Positions 62,601 to 64,000 of a DNA stretch of 64,000 nt are shown here, piece after piece; the stretch's first letter is position 1, and every line of letters starts with the position of its first letter. The position numbers and the translations under genes are program-made. A model generated the notes under the pieces. The model ran no database searches, had not been told where the DNA came from, and saw only the letters and a list, made by a program, of their open reading frames with translations. The stretch is from Paraspadella gotoi (lineage: Eukaryota; Animalia; Chaetognatha). Location: positions 3,281,436-3,345,435 of the forward strand of contig CM119270.1 of the NCBI GenBank assembly GCA_051294375.1, written 5' to 3'.

Positions 62601-63084
62601 ACTTATCTAAACTTCATACCATCTAAACTCCGTTAAATACTCCCTAAATAAATTTTTTTGACCTACCATTTTAAGTAAGCTTAGATGTTTTGAAAACAAA
62701 TATAATTATCGCCCTGTTACTTAATTTAGAAAAACTCATGATATGCTAATTTCAACCTTGTGGAAGATCAGAGTTAACTAATTAAGTACTGACGAAAAAA
62801 TAACGACAAACGTTAACAGAACGTCCTGTGTATGTTTGTGTAAGTGAGATTAAAATAGACATTAGTAATAGACAAGTAAATCGACATAGAGAGTCGATAA
62901 CAGAGTGATAAGTGAAGAGTTCTCTCACTCTCATTCTCTCACTTCCATTATTGTCACTCGATTTTATTTGTTATCTTACGAGCTGATAAGATCAATTATA
63001 TAGCATTTAAAAATAATTACGTAAACTTCGCCTCACACTCTATTTCACGCTCTCTCTCTCTCTCTCTCTCGCCACCCCCTCACA

Positions 63085-63370
63085 CCCCGTGACGTCATCG
63101 ACAACTATGTCGACTGCTTTCCCAGCGGCGCTCTCCGCTTATATTCACCGCAGCCGACGCCGCAGACGAAGCCGACGCCGCCGCCGCCACAGCCTCCGCC
63201 GCTTTCCAATCCGCGGTAACCCATCTTCGCCGCGGCAGCGCTGCATTCTCGCTCCCAGTGACGTCAGCTCCGAAGCAGCAGTGACGTCACGGCGCTATCG
63301 ACCAATCGACGTCGCGAAATCAAAAATTAACCAATCGAATTCCGTCGTTGTTCGAATTTCGCCAATCGGC
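63085..63370 (+). promoter_or_regulatory. CpG-rich promoter-like region with CRE and CCAAT clusters
   Basis: TGACGTCA at 63090, 63259 and 63282. CCAATC at ~63206, 63302, 63331 and 63362. Confidence 0.55.
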
Positions 63371-63523
63371 GCGCGTTGCCCGGGCGAGATCCATTCGCTG
63401 CTTCGTCATCGTTGTGTTGACAGTGGAGACCTTATTTCGGACGAGCGGGGCCACCTGGGAGAGAGGGAGAGCGAGAGAAAGAGCGATACGGAGAGAGAGA
63501 GGGAAAAAGATCGCACTCAAGTA

Positions 63524-63604
<81 letters not shown>

Positions 63605-63775
63605 TCTCTCTCTCCCTACTTGCTTTCTCCAGGCTTTTGCCACGTCACAAAAAACGAGGAGACGACGACGACGACGACAACGACGACGACGACAACGCGC
63701 TTGACGCCTGTTCAAGAACGAGGAGGAAGGAAGAAGAACGAGGAAAACTAAAGTGACTAAACTGTTGATCTTGAA

Positions 63776-63806
<31 letters not shown>

Positions 63807-64000
63807 GTGACGCCGTCTCTCGCCTCTCAAGAAAGACAGAGAGCGAGACGAGGAAAAAAAAAATAGTCAAGGAAAAATAACAGAAAAATAAATTTTCTAC
63901 GCTTTTTTATTCTCAATTTTTCTGTTTGATTTTTTATTTTTATTTTTTCGCTTTTTTTGATTTCGTCATTCGAAACAGAAAAAAAACAACTTCTTCTTGA

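Noticed and set aside
63089-63751. 220-aa plus-strand ORF
   Set aside because: Non-ATG start, runs through microsatellites and has no domain; the region reads better as promoter and 5'UTR.

Overview
This is AT-rich animal (probably invertebrate) genomic DNA, not prokaryotic. GC-rich spliced exons sit in long introns full of microsatellites, and there are several N-gaps. Genes I could reconstruct from GT-AG junctions and reading frame: a pentraxin/LamG-domain gene (+, ~9.9-15.2 kb), a large disordered protein with an RRxS repeat array (-, 17.1-19.5 kb), a frameshifted Cys-rich multi-exon gene (-, 23.5-28.3 kb), a complete 3-exon secreted EGF-like protein (-, 34.5-36.8 kb), a class B1 (secretin/calcitonin-type) GPCR (+, ~49-56.5 kb) and mitochondrial GABA transaminase (ABAT, -, 57.2-59.2 kb). 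There are also unidentified exons. Mobile DNA includes two hAT-type MITEs with perfect 8-bp TSDs, a short non-autonomous LTR element, Helentron/DINE-1-like elements, a TIR family with a (TAACCY)n core, a probable tRNA-derived SINE and several minisatellites. Three exactly 25-N gaps and an indel-rich 3.4-kb duplicate suggest long-read gap filling, so frameshifts between about 23 and 55 kb may be assembly errors. I found no CRISPR array, rRNA or intact tRNA. I cannot demonstrate a new multi-gene system; the most unusual signals are a minisatellite that multiplies a splice donor and kinase-site repeat arrays in two proteins.
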